Assembly: GCA_038087875.1 (NCBI GenBank)
Contig: CM075990.1
Span: forward strand, 16,432,001 to 16,496,000
DNA length: 64,000 nucleotides
Direction of reading: 5' to 3'
From: Malacoraja senta
Lineage: Eukaryota
The notes under the pieces were generated by a model. The model was not told the origin of the DNA. It did no database searches and saw only the letters and a list, made by a program, of their open reading frames with translations. Position numbers and translations under genes: made by a program. Below are positions 1-11,086 of the stretch, in pieces; position 1 is the stretch's first letter; each line of letters begins with the position of its first letter.

Positions 1-216
1 AGTGCCCCCCCCCCCCCGGCCCATACACTTTAAGAAATCTCCACAGGGTGTCTCTATATACACTAGCTCACTCCAACAAATAATAAACATCTGCTTCCTA
101 TCTTCCTCTAACCCCAGCCCATCATTAAGTTTGTAACACCACAAATCTCACCTTGCATAAGACCAGGATACACTTGCACAGACTACAATTACAAAGAAAT
201 ACACATACTGCGTGTC

Positions 217-840
217 ATGTTTCCTTTCTACCCGCAACTGACACTATTTATTCTCCACCAAATTCACCTACTGCCTTGCTCTGCTGCCTCTAACATTTGC
301 TTTACAGCCCGACACAAAATCTGTCCACGAATTCCTAAGAATTCAAATAGCGACGTGATTGATCTCGCTATGAAACCTCTACACCCCAGCTCTACAGGAC
401 GTACACTTGCTCTCCATCCTCGCTGCTGAACTTCTGCTGCCAACTCTACATATCTAAACCTTTTCCTTTTCATAAGCCTTATCCACCAAGTTCTATAAAA
501 TACACTATCCGCTGACTAACTGACCATAACACTACATCAGGCCTCAAACTAATAGTAACAACAAGCTTTCCTCCTAAATCTACCCGCGTCTCCAAATCAT
601 TGGCACCCCATAACTGGCTTGACTCATACCTATATGCAAACTTCCCCCGTCCACCTTTCTCTCCCTCATGGACAAACTGCTCCTTCCGGACTTGTAATAG
701 AGCCCGCTCTATTACAAGTTCTCTTTTGGTTCAGAAGCGGTCAGGTAATTCCCCAGCTCCGAGCTTCGCTGTTCACCAATGTGACTGAAGACCTCCGGGC
801 TCAAAACGAAATCGCGGGCTCCAGTTGCACCACCGTTGTG
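217..840 (-). mobile_element. Degraded 3' part of an R2-group (Hero/NeSL-like) non-LTR retrotransposon with restriction-like endonuclease
   Basis: Minus strand reads SLRPDVVLWS...VYFIEL, then (frameshifted) KRKRFRYVELAAEVQQRGWRASVRPVELGCRGF...AAEQGS, the PD-(D/E)xK REL domain pattern of this group. Confidence 0.7.
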
Positions 841-1135
841 TTAATCATTGTTAATTCACCAGTAAATTCCTAGCACTTAGTAAGCGAATATGGCTCCGTA
901 AATCTCAGTGTCGACGTGTCACTATTACGATGCAAATGATGGACCGTTTATATTCAGCATGCCCATCTGCCCTGGACTTCAGTCCATACAGAGGTCCTTA
1001 CCAGAAATACATCTTACAGGTAAGAGTTGTTTCATTCACAATGGACTATTACATTGTCTTTGTTGGGCGCTGATTGCTAATATGTGTTATTGCTCTGCTT
1101 CCTCAGATCGTCACTTTCATCTGGCCTTCTAGAAC

Positions 1136-1267
1136 ATGAGTCTTCCTAGACTTTGGGGATGTTGGATTGTGTTGGTCCTGTTACCCAGGGCCCCGACTCT
1201 TGGCTGTGACGATTTAGGCCTATTTAACTGGATCACTAGAGAGATTCTGGACGATCTGTTTGCAATG
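1136..1267 (+). CDS. Type I interferon, coding exon 1 (signal peptide, Cys1, helix A)
   Basis: ATG at 1136; 132 nt encoding MSLPRLWGCWIVLVLLPRAPTLG-CDDLGLFNWITREILDDLFAM; phase-0 donor ATG|GTGACT at 1268. Hydrophobic leader followed by LG-CD, typical of type I IFN N-termini. Confidence 0.85.
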
Positions 1268-2015
1268 GTGACTTTAAAGTGACCTTGACCCATTCCTTTT
1301 TCAGATTTATGTGGGTTACCCCAGAGATCAATGCCTGGGCCTCAAAAACTTACAGCTAATATTGGCAACTTGGATGAAGGAGGGGATCAAGGGTGTTGTA
1401 GTCATGATATGGCAGAAAGGAAAGCAAGTTGTGAGAGGTCTGAAGAAGGATCTCAACCCAAAACATCACCTATTCCTTTTCTCCAGGGATGCTGCCTGAC
1501 TTGCTGGGTTACTCCAGATTTTTGTGTCTATCTTTGGTGTAATCCAACATCTGCAGTGCTTTCCTATACTTTATTAGGAGTGTACCTGAATGGAGGGATA
1601 TTGATAGGCTACCTGTGACATGAACTGGACAAATAGCATTAAATGTAGGCAGTGTGAGGTTATCTGCTCTGATATGAAGAAGAGAAATGCAGATGACTGG
1701 CCTGAGTCCTACTAGAGACAGCTGGTACTTTCAGCATCACAGTGCCAGTCCCAAGGTTGAACTTTCCTACTGTGGCCACTTCACTCCAAATGACTTTGAG
1801 GCCCCCTCATGTGTAGGGTATCCCATGGCGTGGAGTGGTTCACAGCCAAAGGAACTTGAGGCACCGTCCCCAATGACTGAACCCCATGAAACAGTCTGAA
1901 CTCTCTCGGCTGACTTAGACCGAGTCATATTAACACACAATTAACACATATTAACACATTTAACATTTAACACAATTAACACATATTAACACACCAATCT
2001 TAAAGAAACCTGGTC

Positions 2016-3485
2016 TTGATCCCTCCTCTCTCATTAACTAACGCCCCATCTCAAACCTCCCCTTTCTTTCAAAAACCCTGGAGCGTATCGTCGCGTCACA
2101 ACTTCATTCCCACCTCCTCGCGTATAACCTATTCGAACCCCTCCAATCTGGCTTTCGCCCCCTCCATAGCACAGAAACTGCTCTCCTCAAAGTCCTCAAT
2201 GACCTCCTTACCTCTGCTGACACTGGCTCCCTCAATATCCTCATCCTCCTCGACCTGAGTGCAGCCTTCGATACCGTCAACCACAACATCCTGCTCACCA
2301 GACTTAGGGACCTTGGCATTGAAGGTTCTGCACTCAGCCGTTCCTACCTTTCCAACCGATCCCACTTCATCTCTCTCCATAACCACACCTCTGCCACAGC
2401 CACTGTCACTCAAGGCGTTCCCCAAGGCTCCGTTCTTGGTCCCCTCCTCTTCATCATCTACATCCTCCCCCTTGGTCATATACTCCGTCACTTCAACCGG
2501 GACTTCCACTGCTATGCTGATGACACCCAGATCTATCTCAGCACCAAGTCCCCCCACCACCCCCCTCTCTCCCATATCAACTCCTGCCTATCAGCCATCA
2601 AATCTTGGATGCAACTCAACTTCCTTAAATTAAACAGTAGCAAAACAGAATTTCTCCTCATTGACTCCAAATCAACACTCACTAAAATTAACAACCCCTC
2701 TCACTATCGACGGCACCACTGTCTCCCCATCTCCTCAGGCACGCAACCTTGGCGTGATCTTTGACTCAACCCTCTCCCTTGAGCCTCACATCCGCCATGT
2801 TGTCAAAACATAATTTTTTCACCTCTGCAACATTGCAAAAATCAGATCCTCTCTCACACCCCCCGCTGCTGAAAGACTCATCCATGCCTTCATCTCCTCC
2901 CGACTGGACTACTGTAACTCTCTTCTTTTCGGAATCAATTCCAGCAGCATCAACCGACTCCAACTGGTCCAAAATGCAGCCGCTCGACTCATTACCCACA
3001 CCAAATCCTGGCACCACATCACCCCAGTTCTCAAAGAACTTCACTGGCTTCCCATTTCCCACCGGATCACCTACAAAATCCTGGTCCTCACCTACAAAGC
3101 CCTCAACAACCTCCCCCCCCCCCCATATCTCATTGACCTCCTCTCCCCCTACCAACCCTCACGGTCTCTCAGATCCACATCAGCTGGTCTCCTCTCCACA
3201 CCGAAATCAAACCTCTGCACTTTTGGAGGCAGAGCCTTCTCCAGGGCAGCTTCCAGGCTCTGGAATTCCCACCCACAACCGGTCGGAAATTCTGAGTCCC
3301 TCACCATCTTCCAGTCCCGCCTCAAGACCCATCTCTTCACCTCTGCATACCCTTAGTACCATGTTCCACTCCCTTCTGTCTTACTGCTCTATTTTGTTTT
3401 GTTTATTCCTGACTCTCAATTGTAAAGCGACTTTGAGTCCTGAAAAGCGCTATATAAATAAAATCTTTTATTACTATTATTATAT
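2016..3485 (+). mobile_element. 5'-truncated L2-clade LINE (RT and 3' end) in IFN intron 1
   Basis: QSGFRPLHSTETALLKV...LLDLSAAFDTV...GVPQGSVLGPLLF...YADDTQ...RLDYCN...LQLVQNAAARL, with frameshifts; ends in AATAAA plus (TAT)n. Confidence 0.9.
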
Positions 3486-4507
3486 GGCATTGAAATGTCC
3501 AAACAGCAGCATCTTTTTCTCACATTCAGCTGTGATGCCAATATACATCTGTAATTACTAAGCCTTTCACCTTGACCACTTCCGGTCTGCGTTGTAAGTA
3601 AATTTGCGCAAAAATGCTACCCTATATCGCTAGGATTTTTTCGCCAACTCCTCTGCTCCAAGACATCAAGTTTTGTTCCGATCGAAGAAATAATAAAAAA
3701 GTTATGAAGTGTTTCAGCTCGACGACCTCTCCCACAGCTGAGAAGGTTTGCAATGAAGCGAGACTCCAGCTGCAGAGAAAGGGGATATGATCAGAGAGTA
3801 GGGGCCGGACAGTAAATGCTGGAGTAACTCAGCGGGACAGGCAGCATCTCGGGAGAGAAGGAAAGGGTGATGTTTCGGGTCCAGACCTTTCTTCAGACTA
3901 AGAGTTAGGGGATAATGAAACTGATATGGAAGTGCAGATGCTGACCAAGGAAGTTTAGAATGGTTCATTGTTGGCTGAGGGAAAGGTGACAGCGAGGCAT
4001 ACAATCAGTAAAATTAATTAGGAGGACAGTGAAACTAGTTTGAGAACCAGGGCGGGACAGGATTGTGGAGGAGGCGTAGACAGAAGGAAAACTATTAAAG
4101 TCTGGCGCACTGGCACAGATAAAGTAAATGATCAATGTAGCGAGTGGGCGGGCGAGCCTCGCTGAAGAAGTGGGTAGATAGAGTAAGACGCCAGTCAGCT
4201 CCACTTCCCATTTGCCGACTGAACTGAAGGTTCAGCAGAGTGGTCACCCAAACTGTGTCTCGTTTCTCTACTGTAGCGGAGAGCACACGGTGTGTGGGAT
4301 ACGCGGTTAATAAACCGCATTCAGAGCTGTACCGCTTCACGTGGGATGAGAGGAGGGGAGGGGAGGGGGTAAAAGGACGGGTGCGTTCAAATAGTCAGTT
4401 GAAACCCATAAGGTTGCTCGAGAACAAACAATGTTGTTGGAGATAATGTTGCTGTGTGTGGGTGAATTGTGTGCTGGAGCCGGACTTGACCGCTTCCCCT
4501 GTTGTAG

Positions 4508-4597
4508 GGAGACGTCATGCCCCCGCGGTGCGCAGCTGAAAGGAGATCATTGAAAGTCAATAAATTGATCTTGTCCAAACTCACGGCGGGAGGACGG
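4508..4597 (+). CDS. Type I interferon, exon 2
   Basis: Acceptor cttcccctgttgtag|, 90 nt GDVMPPRCAAERRSLKVNKLILSKLTAGGR, donor CGG|GTGAGT. Phase 0 at both ends; contains the 'P..C' second cysteine. Confidence 0.85.
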
Positions 4598-5630
4598 GTG
4601 AGTGTGCATTTATAAGCGTCATTTAATGTATCTGCGAATGTTCCCAGGGACAATGAATGTACGGGTCGCATGTAAATTAAATCAGGGACGCGGTGTTTTA
4701 AGTATAATCACATTATTTTGCCAATTTTTAATAAATACCCACAACTACTGGGGTTTCAACGAATGCAGCAGTTCTGGGAAGAACTATTTCATATCATTTG
4801 ATTTATGTAGTTAGTCTGCTATGGTAGAACATGACACACAATGCTGGAGTATCTCAGTGGGTCAGGCAGCATCTCTGGACAAAAGGTAGATGGAGTAGAC
4901 GCCAATCAGCTGTCCAGAGCTGACTATTCTCCAGAGATGCTTCCCGACCCAGCATCTGCAGTTCTTTCCTACACAAAGTGAACCGTGAGTTGTGTAGGAA
5001 AGAACTGCAGATTCTGGTTTAAATTGAAGGTAGATCACAAAATGCTGGAGTAACTCAGCGGGACAGGCAGCATCTCTGGAGAGAAGGAATGGGTGACGTT
5101 TCGGGTCGATACCATTCTTCAGATAAAATCTGACCCGTCGGAAGAAGCTCTTCAAACTGATCTCACCGAAGTGTTGACGCCGGAAAGGTGCCAACAGAAA
5201 TGTTGATACAAGGTTCTCAAGAAAACTTTTGCAAACATGCATAATTTATTGATTATTCTCTAACCAAGTAAACCTTGCTTTCCCTCTCTCTCCGTCCCTC
5301 TCCCTTCCTAGATCTGCGACCACTTTGACTGTTCCCAGATTAGATTTTATCACTGTATGCTTCGTTGTCACCTTCTCCTAGCTAACAATGATCTTTTCTA
5401 CATTTTCCTTGAGCTTTATCCCCTTTGATGTCTCGTTTTCACACCTTACTCTTCCTTATCTTTGTATCTCCCTCTCCCCCGAGTCTCATTCTGAAGAAGG
5501 GTCTCGACCCGAAACGCCACCCATCCCTTCCATCCGGAGATGCTGCCTGGCCCGCTGAGTTACTCCAACTTTCTATCTTGGGAGTAAACGAGCACGTCGT
5601 TCCTACGTACATATCTGTATGCAGTTTCCT

Positions 5631-5768
5631 CTTCTTCTTGCGTATGGTGTGCACAGCCTAAAGTTGAAGGACAAATTGTTCTATTTGATCTTATTTGATT
5701 GGGCACGCCAGGTTGATTGCATTCGTTGAAACGGGGCGGACCACGTGAAGGTTGCAATCTCCCACCCC
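5631..5768 (-). mobile_element. ~140-bp SINE-like retroelement with 5' HDV-like ribozyme and (AAG)n tail, copy 1
   Basis: Highly similar to 61861-61998; imperfect TSD gcagtttcctc / gcagcttcttc; tail ...ACGCAAGAAGAAG. Confidence 0.8.
5715..5768 (-). ncRNA. Minimal HDV/CPEB3-like self-cleaving ribozyme (predicted)
   Basis: P1 GGGGUGG/CCGCCCC, P2 GAUUGCA/UGCAAUC, P3 ACC/GGU, L3 UUCACGU, J1/4 GU, vestigial P4, J4/2 CGAA (catalytic C equivalent at 5725). Confidence 0.75.
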
Positions 5769-5917
5769 GCAGCTTCTTCCACACTATCACACTATGGCTC
5801 TCTGCTCTATGACATCTATTGATCACTATTCGATTTGGAAATTAGTGTGATATTGTCCCGTCCCGGCCGTTCTCACGGGTCCATGGCCACACTGATGTCG
5901 TTCTGTGTTGTGTGCAG

Positions 5918-6156
5918 GACCCGGACATGCTCGGTGTTGTCTACCAAGTGGTGAGCCAATTCAACAGAATCTACCACATGGACCGGACCTTGGTCACATG
6001 GCCCCAGGACCCTATGGCGAGACTCGAGTATCAACTGGATGGGCAGAGCTCTCTTCTGGAAAAATGTGTGAGGGACACAGGTTCCGAGGCCCGGCCACGG
6101 AAAAGGCCACCATTCACAAGTACTTCAGGAGACTCGGCAAGTTTCTTAAACGGAAG
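5918..6156 (+). CDS. Type I interferon, exon 3 (1-nt frameshift at 6101-6104)
   Basis: Acceptor gttgtgtgcag|; DPDMLGVVYQVVSQFNRIYHMDRTLVTWPQDPMARLEYQLDGQSSLLEKCVRDTGSEARPRK, then in a shifted frame ATIHKYFRRLGKFLKRK; donor AAG|GTGAGA. The W-x21-C spacing and 'I.KYF.RL..FLK.K' helix match type I IFN. Length is 239 nt (240-1). Confidence 0.88.
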
Positions 6157-6262
6157 GTGAGACGGTTGAATCTTATCATCTAACGACCCGCGGACAATTA
6201 TTTCATTCAATCTAAATATATTCATTCTCTGATGCGTGATTCTGAACGTTTCTCTTTTGCAG

Positions 6263-6346
6263 AAATTCAGCGCCTGCGCCTGGGAAGTAATCCGCTACGA
6301 GCTCATTGATTGGTACCAACAGGTGATGCATGATAACAATGGATAA
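6263..6346 (+). CDS. Type I interferon, exon 4 (CAWE motif, stop)
   Basis: Acceptor tttctcttttgcag|, then KFSACAWEVIRYELIDWYQQVMHDNNG-TAA. S-x-CAWE-x-x-R is the type I IFN signature. Confidence 0.92.
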   Translation, partial: KFSACAWEVIRYELIDWYQQVMHDNNG

Positions 6347-6527
6347 TGTGCGAGCGCTGTCTGGTGCATTCAGAGCCTTATTTGGTGGAATGGGATGATT
6401 GGGGATCATTGTATACATTTTTTTAAATCAAGAATTGAAATTGTCCTTGTTTTAGTAATCAAGTTATACTGTTGTACTGTTGTAAAATGTTATGTAATAT
6501 GTTATAATGGAGCATGCAAAAACTGCA

Positions 6528-6533
6528 AATAAA
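6528..6533 (+). terminator. Probable polyadenylation signal of the interferon gene
   Basis: AATAAA about 180 nt after the stop codon in an AT-rich 3' UTR. Confidence 0.5.
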
Positions 6534-6649
6534 ATACTGTACGTTTTTGCAGTAAAGAAAACCTTTTGCACGAAAATTAACGAGTTATCTTAACCACCCC
6601 CAACTACTGCCCGCTGTCCCATTCACCTTCAGTTCCGTCAACACCATTT

Positions 6650-6821
6650 AGCCAGCGGTAGAGTTGCTGCCTGCCAGTGACCCGGGTTCGAGCCTGGGTA
6701 CGGGTGCTGTTTGTACGTTCCCTCGTGACCCATGTGGGTTTTCTCCGGGTGCTCCGGTTTCCTCCCACACTGCAAAGACGTAGGATAATTGGCTTGGTAT
6801 AATTGTAGATTGTCCCTAGTG
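6650..6821 (+). mobile_element. tRNA-derived SINE (HE1-like), truncated
   Basis: cagcggtagagttgctgcc...gggttcgagcc (A/B-box-like) and a core shared with many copies in the window. Confidence 0.7.
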
Positions 6822-7080
6822 CAGGCCCGTACGAAGCTTTTCAAAAAGGGGGGTGACAGGATTACAAAAAACTTATGTGAAGTGACCGGGGCCCTCGCGG
6901 CCGGGGTTTTAGATGATCTCTATTGCACTCTGAGCCTTATTCTGGAGCATTTTTGCACCAAATTTATGACCAATATTCAGAAATAATTTTGGTGGAGTCA
7001 AGATTAATAATTGCAGATCTGCCAAGTTTCACCGAGCATTTCCGTATTACGATGGCTAAAAATCAGTATTTTGTTAGGGA

Positions 7081-8020
7081 AGATTCAAGATTCAAGAGAG
7101 TTTATTGTCATGTGTCCCTGATAGGACAATGAAATTCTTGCTTTGCTTCAGCACAACAGAACATAGTAGACATGACTACAGAACAGTTCAGTGTGTCCAT
7201 ATAACATTGTATAAATATATACACACATGAATAAATAAACTGATGAAGTGCAAATAACAGATAATGGGCTATTAATGTTCAAAGATTTGTCCGAGCCAAG
7301 TTTAATAACCTGATGGCTGTGGGGAAGTAGCTATTACTGAACCTTGTCGTTGCAGTCTTCAGGCTCCTGTACCTTCTACCTGAAGGTAGCGGGGAGATGA
7401 GTGTGTGGCCAGGATGATGTGGGTCCTTGATGATGCTGCCAGCCTTTTTGAGGCAGCGATAGATCCCCTCGATGGAAGGGAGGTCAGAGCCGATGATGGA
7501 CTGGGCAGTGTTTACTACTTTTTGTAGTCTTTTCCTCTCCAGGGCGCTCAAGTTGCCGAACCAAGCAACGATGCAACCGGTCAGCATGTTCTCTACTGTG
7601 CACCTGTAGAAGTTAGAGAGAGTCCTGCTTGACAAACCGACTCTACGTAATCTTCTCAGGAAGTAGAGGCGCTGATGTGCTTGCTTAATAATAGCATCAG
7701 TGTTTTCGGACCAGGAAAGATCTTCAGAGATGTGCACGCCCTGGAATTTGAAGCTCTTGACCTTTCAACCATCGACCCGTTGATATAAGCAGGACTGTGG
7801 GTCCCCATCCTACTCCTTCCAAAGTCCACAATCAGTTCCTTGGTTTTGCTTGTGTTGAGGGCCAGGTTATTGTGCTGGCACCATATGGACAGTTGCTCGA
7901 TCTCTCTTCTATACTCTGACTCATCCCCATCAGTGATACGTCGCACAACAGTGGTGTCGTCAGCGAACTTGATGATGGAGTTCGCACTATGACCGGCTAC
8001 GCAGTCATGAGTATAGAGTG
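7081..8020 (-). mobile_element. Rex1/Babar-type LINE 3' fragment
   Basis: LYTHDC...IIKFADDTTVV...LNTSKTKELIVDF...KAHQRLYFLRRL-like...PSGRRYRS; 3' ATGACAATAAA and short tandem tail. Confidence 0.85.
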
Positions 8021-8039
8021 TTCCTCTCACAGACTTTGA

Positions 8040-8415
8040 CAACACTCTTGGCAGACCAGCCACTGCCATTTAGCCATAAATCACATTTTCCAGTTCCATT
8101 TTCCGAGAATGTAACTGTGCAAACCTAGTCACCACTTTGTCCAAGTCATGGGCAAAGTCATAGTGAATGTACATTAAGGCAAGTGCAGACAGCCTGTCAT
8201 TGCTCATGGAAGTCCTGGGTAGTGATGCAGGCGACGGACACTCGTGGCACGCCTGCATATATTGCCATTTAACCAGAATTCATGTTTTCCAGTTCCATTT
8301 TCCAAGAATGTAACTGCGCAAACCTAGTCACGACTTTGTCCAAGTTATGGGCAAAGTCATAGTGAATGTGGATTAAGCTGACTGCAGACAGCTGATTGCA
8401 TGGAAGTCCTGGTCT
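8040..8415 (-). mobile_element. hAT transposase C-terminal (dimerisation domain) remnant, tandemly duplicated
   Basis: RTSMSNDRLSALALMYIHYDFAHDLDKVVTRFAQLHSRKMEL at 8070-8230, with a second diverged copy at 8269-8410. Confidence 0.75.
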
Positions 8416-9009
8416 TTGCTTCTTCGTGGATGAGAAAACGTGTTTGTCCATGTGGCTGGATCAAAGTAAGATGCCGAGCGAGATCGCACCCACTGCAAGC
8501 ATGCCGCCCAAGGCCAGCGTCTCTCTACTGCTCAGGCTCATGACCAAAGGTCCCAGCTACCTCCGCAGTCAAATGGAGGGGGAAAGGCGGGGTCGGCAGA
8601 GTGCCGTGGTGAGACTGGCTGCTGACAAGGCCAAGTACTTGAAGAGCCAGATGGCGAGGGGGTGCAAAGTGCAGCCCAATGGTTTGGGCAGCTCTGCCCC
8701 CGTGGAAGGCAGCAGCAGCGGCAGCGGGGCCAGCAGCAACACAAAGACTTACCTGGCCTCCAGCTGAGCGGGCAGCTGGTGCTCCCGCCTGACATTGTGC
8801 ATCGCTCCAGCTCCAAGGGGCAGCTCAGGCCCGATTCGCTGGTCATGTACCTGCAGAAGTGCGAGTTCATGCGGGGAGCGGCGGCCACCAGCAGCGCCCG
8901 CAGTTTCAAGGGCAGTGGAAGTCTGGTCCTGCGGCTGCGGCCGGGGCGACAATCAGCAGGGGCTGGCAACGGGAGCAGCAACGTCGGAAGGGGGAGAATT
9001 AGCAGAGGG

Positions 9010-9212
9010 TACAGCACCCCAGGGTGCACAAGTAACCACACCAGCAGCACCCCAGGGAGAAACAGCAGCCTCGCCAGCAGCACCCCAGGGTGCATAAGTA
9101 ACTACACCAGCAGCACCCAAGGGTGCACAACTAACCACTCCAGCAGCACCCCAGGAAGCACCAGTCACCAAGCCAGCAGCATCCCAGGGTGCACAAGTAA
9201 CCACGCCAGCAG
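9010..9212 (+). repeat. 33-bp minisatellite (~6 units)
   Basis: Repeated CAGCACCCCAGGGTGCACAAGTAACCACACCAG variants; explains the STPG-repeat ORFs. Confidence 0.85.
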
Positions 9213-11086
9213 TTAACATAGAAAACATAGAAAATAGGTGCAGGAGTAGGCCATTCGGCCCTTCGACCATTCGATATGATCATGGCTGATCATCCAACTC
9301 AGTATCCCATCCCTGCCTTCTCTCCACGAGAATCTGCAACAGGTCATCCCAAGGAGCCGCTCAAGCTACGGAGCTCGCACTCCGACATCAGCAGCCACTT
9401 CTCCCGAGCCTGCTTGGGCTTGGACAGTATCTTCGAGCACTGCGGACTCGAGCCCGAGGTGATCGAGAACCTGGCCAGGGAGAAGTTTGCCGCCGACACT
9501 GCCTTCAAAAGCCATGCCCTCAAGTTTCGCAGAGTGAAAGGCCTGTCCCACTTGGGTGACATTTTCGGCGACAGCCTGAAAAGAAGTTCTCGCGTCGTGG
9601 TCGGGTCGTGACGTGGTGTGATGCGTAGTGACGCACGGTGACTCCCTGTCGCCCCTGGATTTTGGAATATTCAACTGAAATATCTCCTGACCAAGGAAGG
9701 TCAGCGCTCCTCGGACAACACTGCATCATCGCCCCGCTGCCTTGGCCGTCCATGTCTAAGTGCCGCCGCCAAAGGGGGAGGCAGTTGGGATCTCTTCGCC
9801 TTCGCCACCGCCTCCCCTCCGGAGTGGCACACCGCGACCACTATGGGGGCGGGCGGGGCCACTGGCATCGCTACTGCTGCTGTGCAAGGCCCGACATTCG
9901 CGAGGGGGGTGAGGTACCGGTGGGTGGGGGGGGGGGGCAAGGGACCGGCGGGGGGCAGCGGATGGCGTGGACCCAGCCGAAGTGGCGCCTAGTGTTGGGC
10001 CACGGCCGCTGCCAGCACTGTTCAGAGTCAGTCCTTCCCGCCCGGCGACGGGAGAATGATCTCCCCGGACCACCCGCCAGCAGCAGACCCGCTCCATGGC
10101 CACCAGGTTGACCGGCGGTGAGGCTCCGACGCCGCGGATGGAGGCGATGCACCATGCTGGGAGACACCGCAGCCCCGGGACCGGAGAAGCACGCACTCCT
10201 TTTTTCCCCAAATCATCCCGCGGGTCAGATTGGTAGTTGAACACCCCCGATAAAAAAAAAGCTTCCCTCTCCCGCAACGCAATATTTCACGGTCCCACTA
10301 ACCCAAACTAGGCCCGGGGCGTCGAGGCGATGCATTGAAAATGGCGGCGGCTAATTCCGCCCACTGCGCGCGCGCAGAGACGGAGTCATTTTATGTCGCT
10401 ACCGCGTCACCAGCTTCCCCCAACTGTGCAACTCGCAAATATTTTTTTTCTCTCAGGATTTGTTTTTATTCCGGAAAAAAAGGGGGGTGCGACCACACCC
10501 AACGCACCCCCCCCCCTTCAGACGGCCATGTGAGGTGGTCACAGAAGTGGGATCGAGTGGAATCTTAAAGGAATTTAAACACATGGACGAAAACTGTAAA
10601 TCAAACATGGGAGAAAATGGCAACCAATGACCAGAACAGACTAGCATACTAGGTGAGCAACAGTTGATATGGAAAGAGTATTATCAGAGGTTTCGAGAAG
10701 TTTAAGTTGGAAAACTACCATCTCCCGAAATAGATCTTGTGTCGGGAGCTTGCGGCAAAGCGGAAGGAAGATGCCTCCTCCACAGAAACATTTCAAAACA
10801 ACCTGAAGAGACGTCTTTGTGGGCAAGGAGTAATCCCAAGATTATGAAGCAAATGGTTCAGAACAAGGCTCACTGGCAGATCCTGACAAGATCAGTGTAA
10901 TACAGTTTCAAATGAAAGCAACAAAGATGTCTCTAGGCTTTATGTGAAAGGCACCAAAGGGCCACACTGTCAAGATTCACACCCTTAGTACAGCTAACTC
11001 TAAATCAGGGTTCAAACTTCAGAATTATGTGAGGAACCACAGATGACATTTGTGACAACGCCATCAACAACCAGTTTAAGAATAAG

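Noticed and set aside
2129..3561. Alternative-frame and antisense ORFs up to 266 aa
   Set aside because: Shadow frames of the L2 RT.
8396..10282. Overlapping 100-185 aa ORFs on both strands
   Set aside because: GC-rich repeat and minisatellite sequence; no recognisable domain or consistent exon chain.
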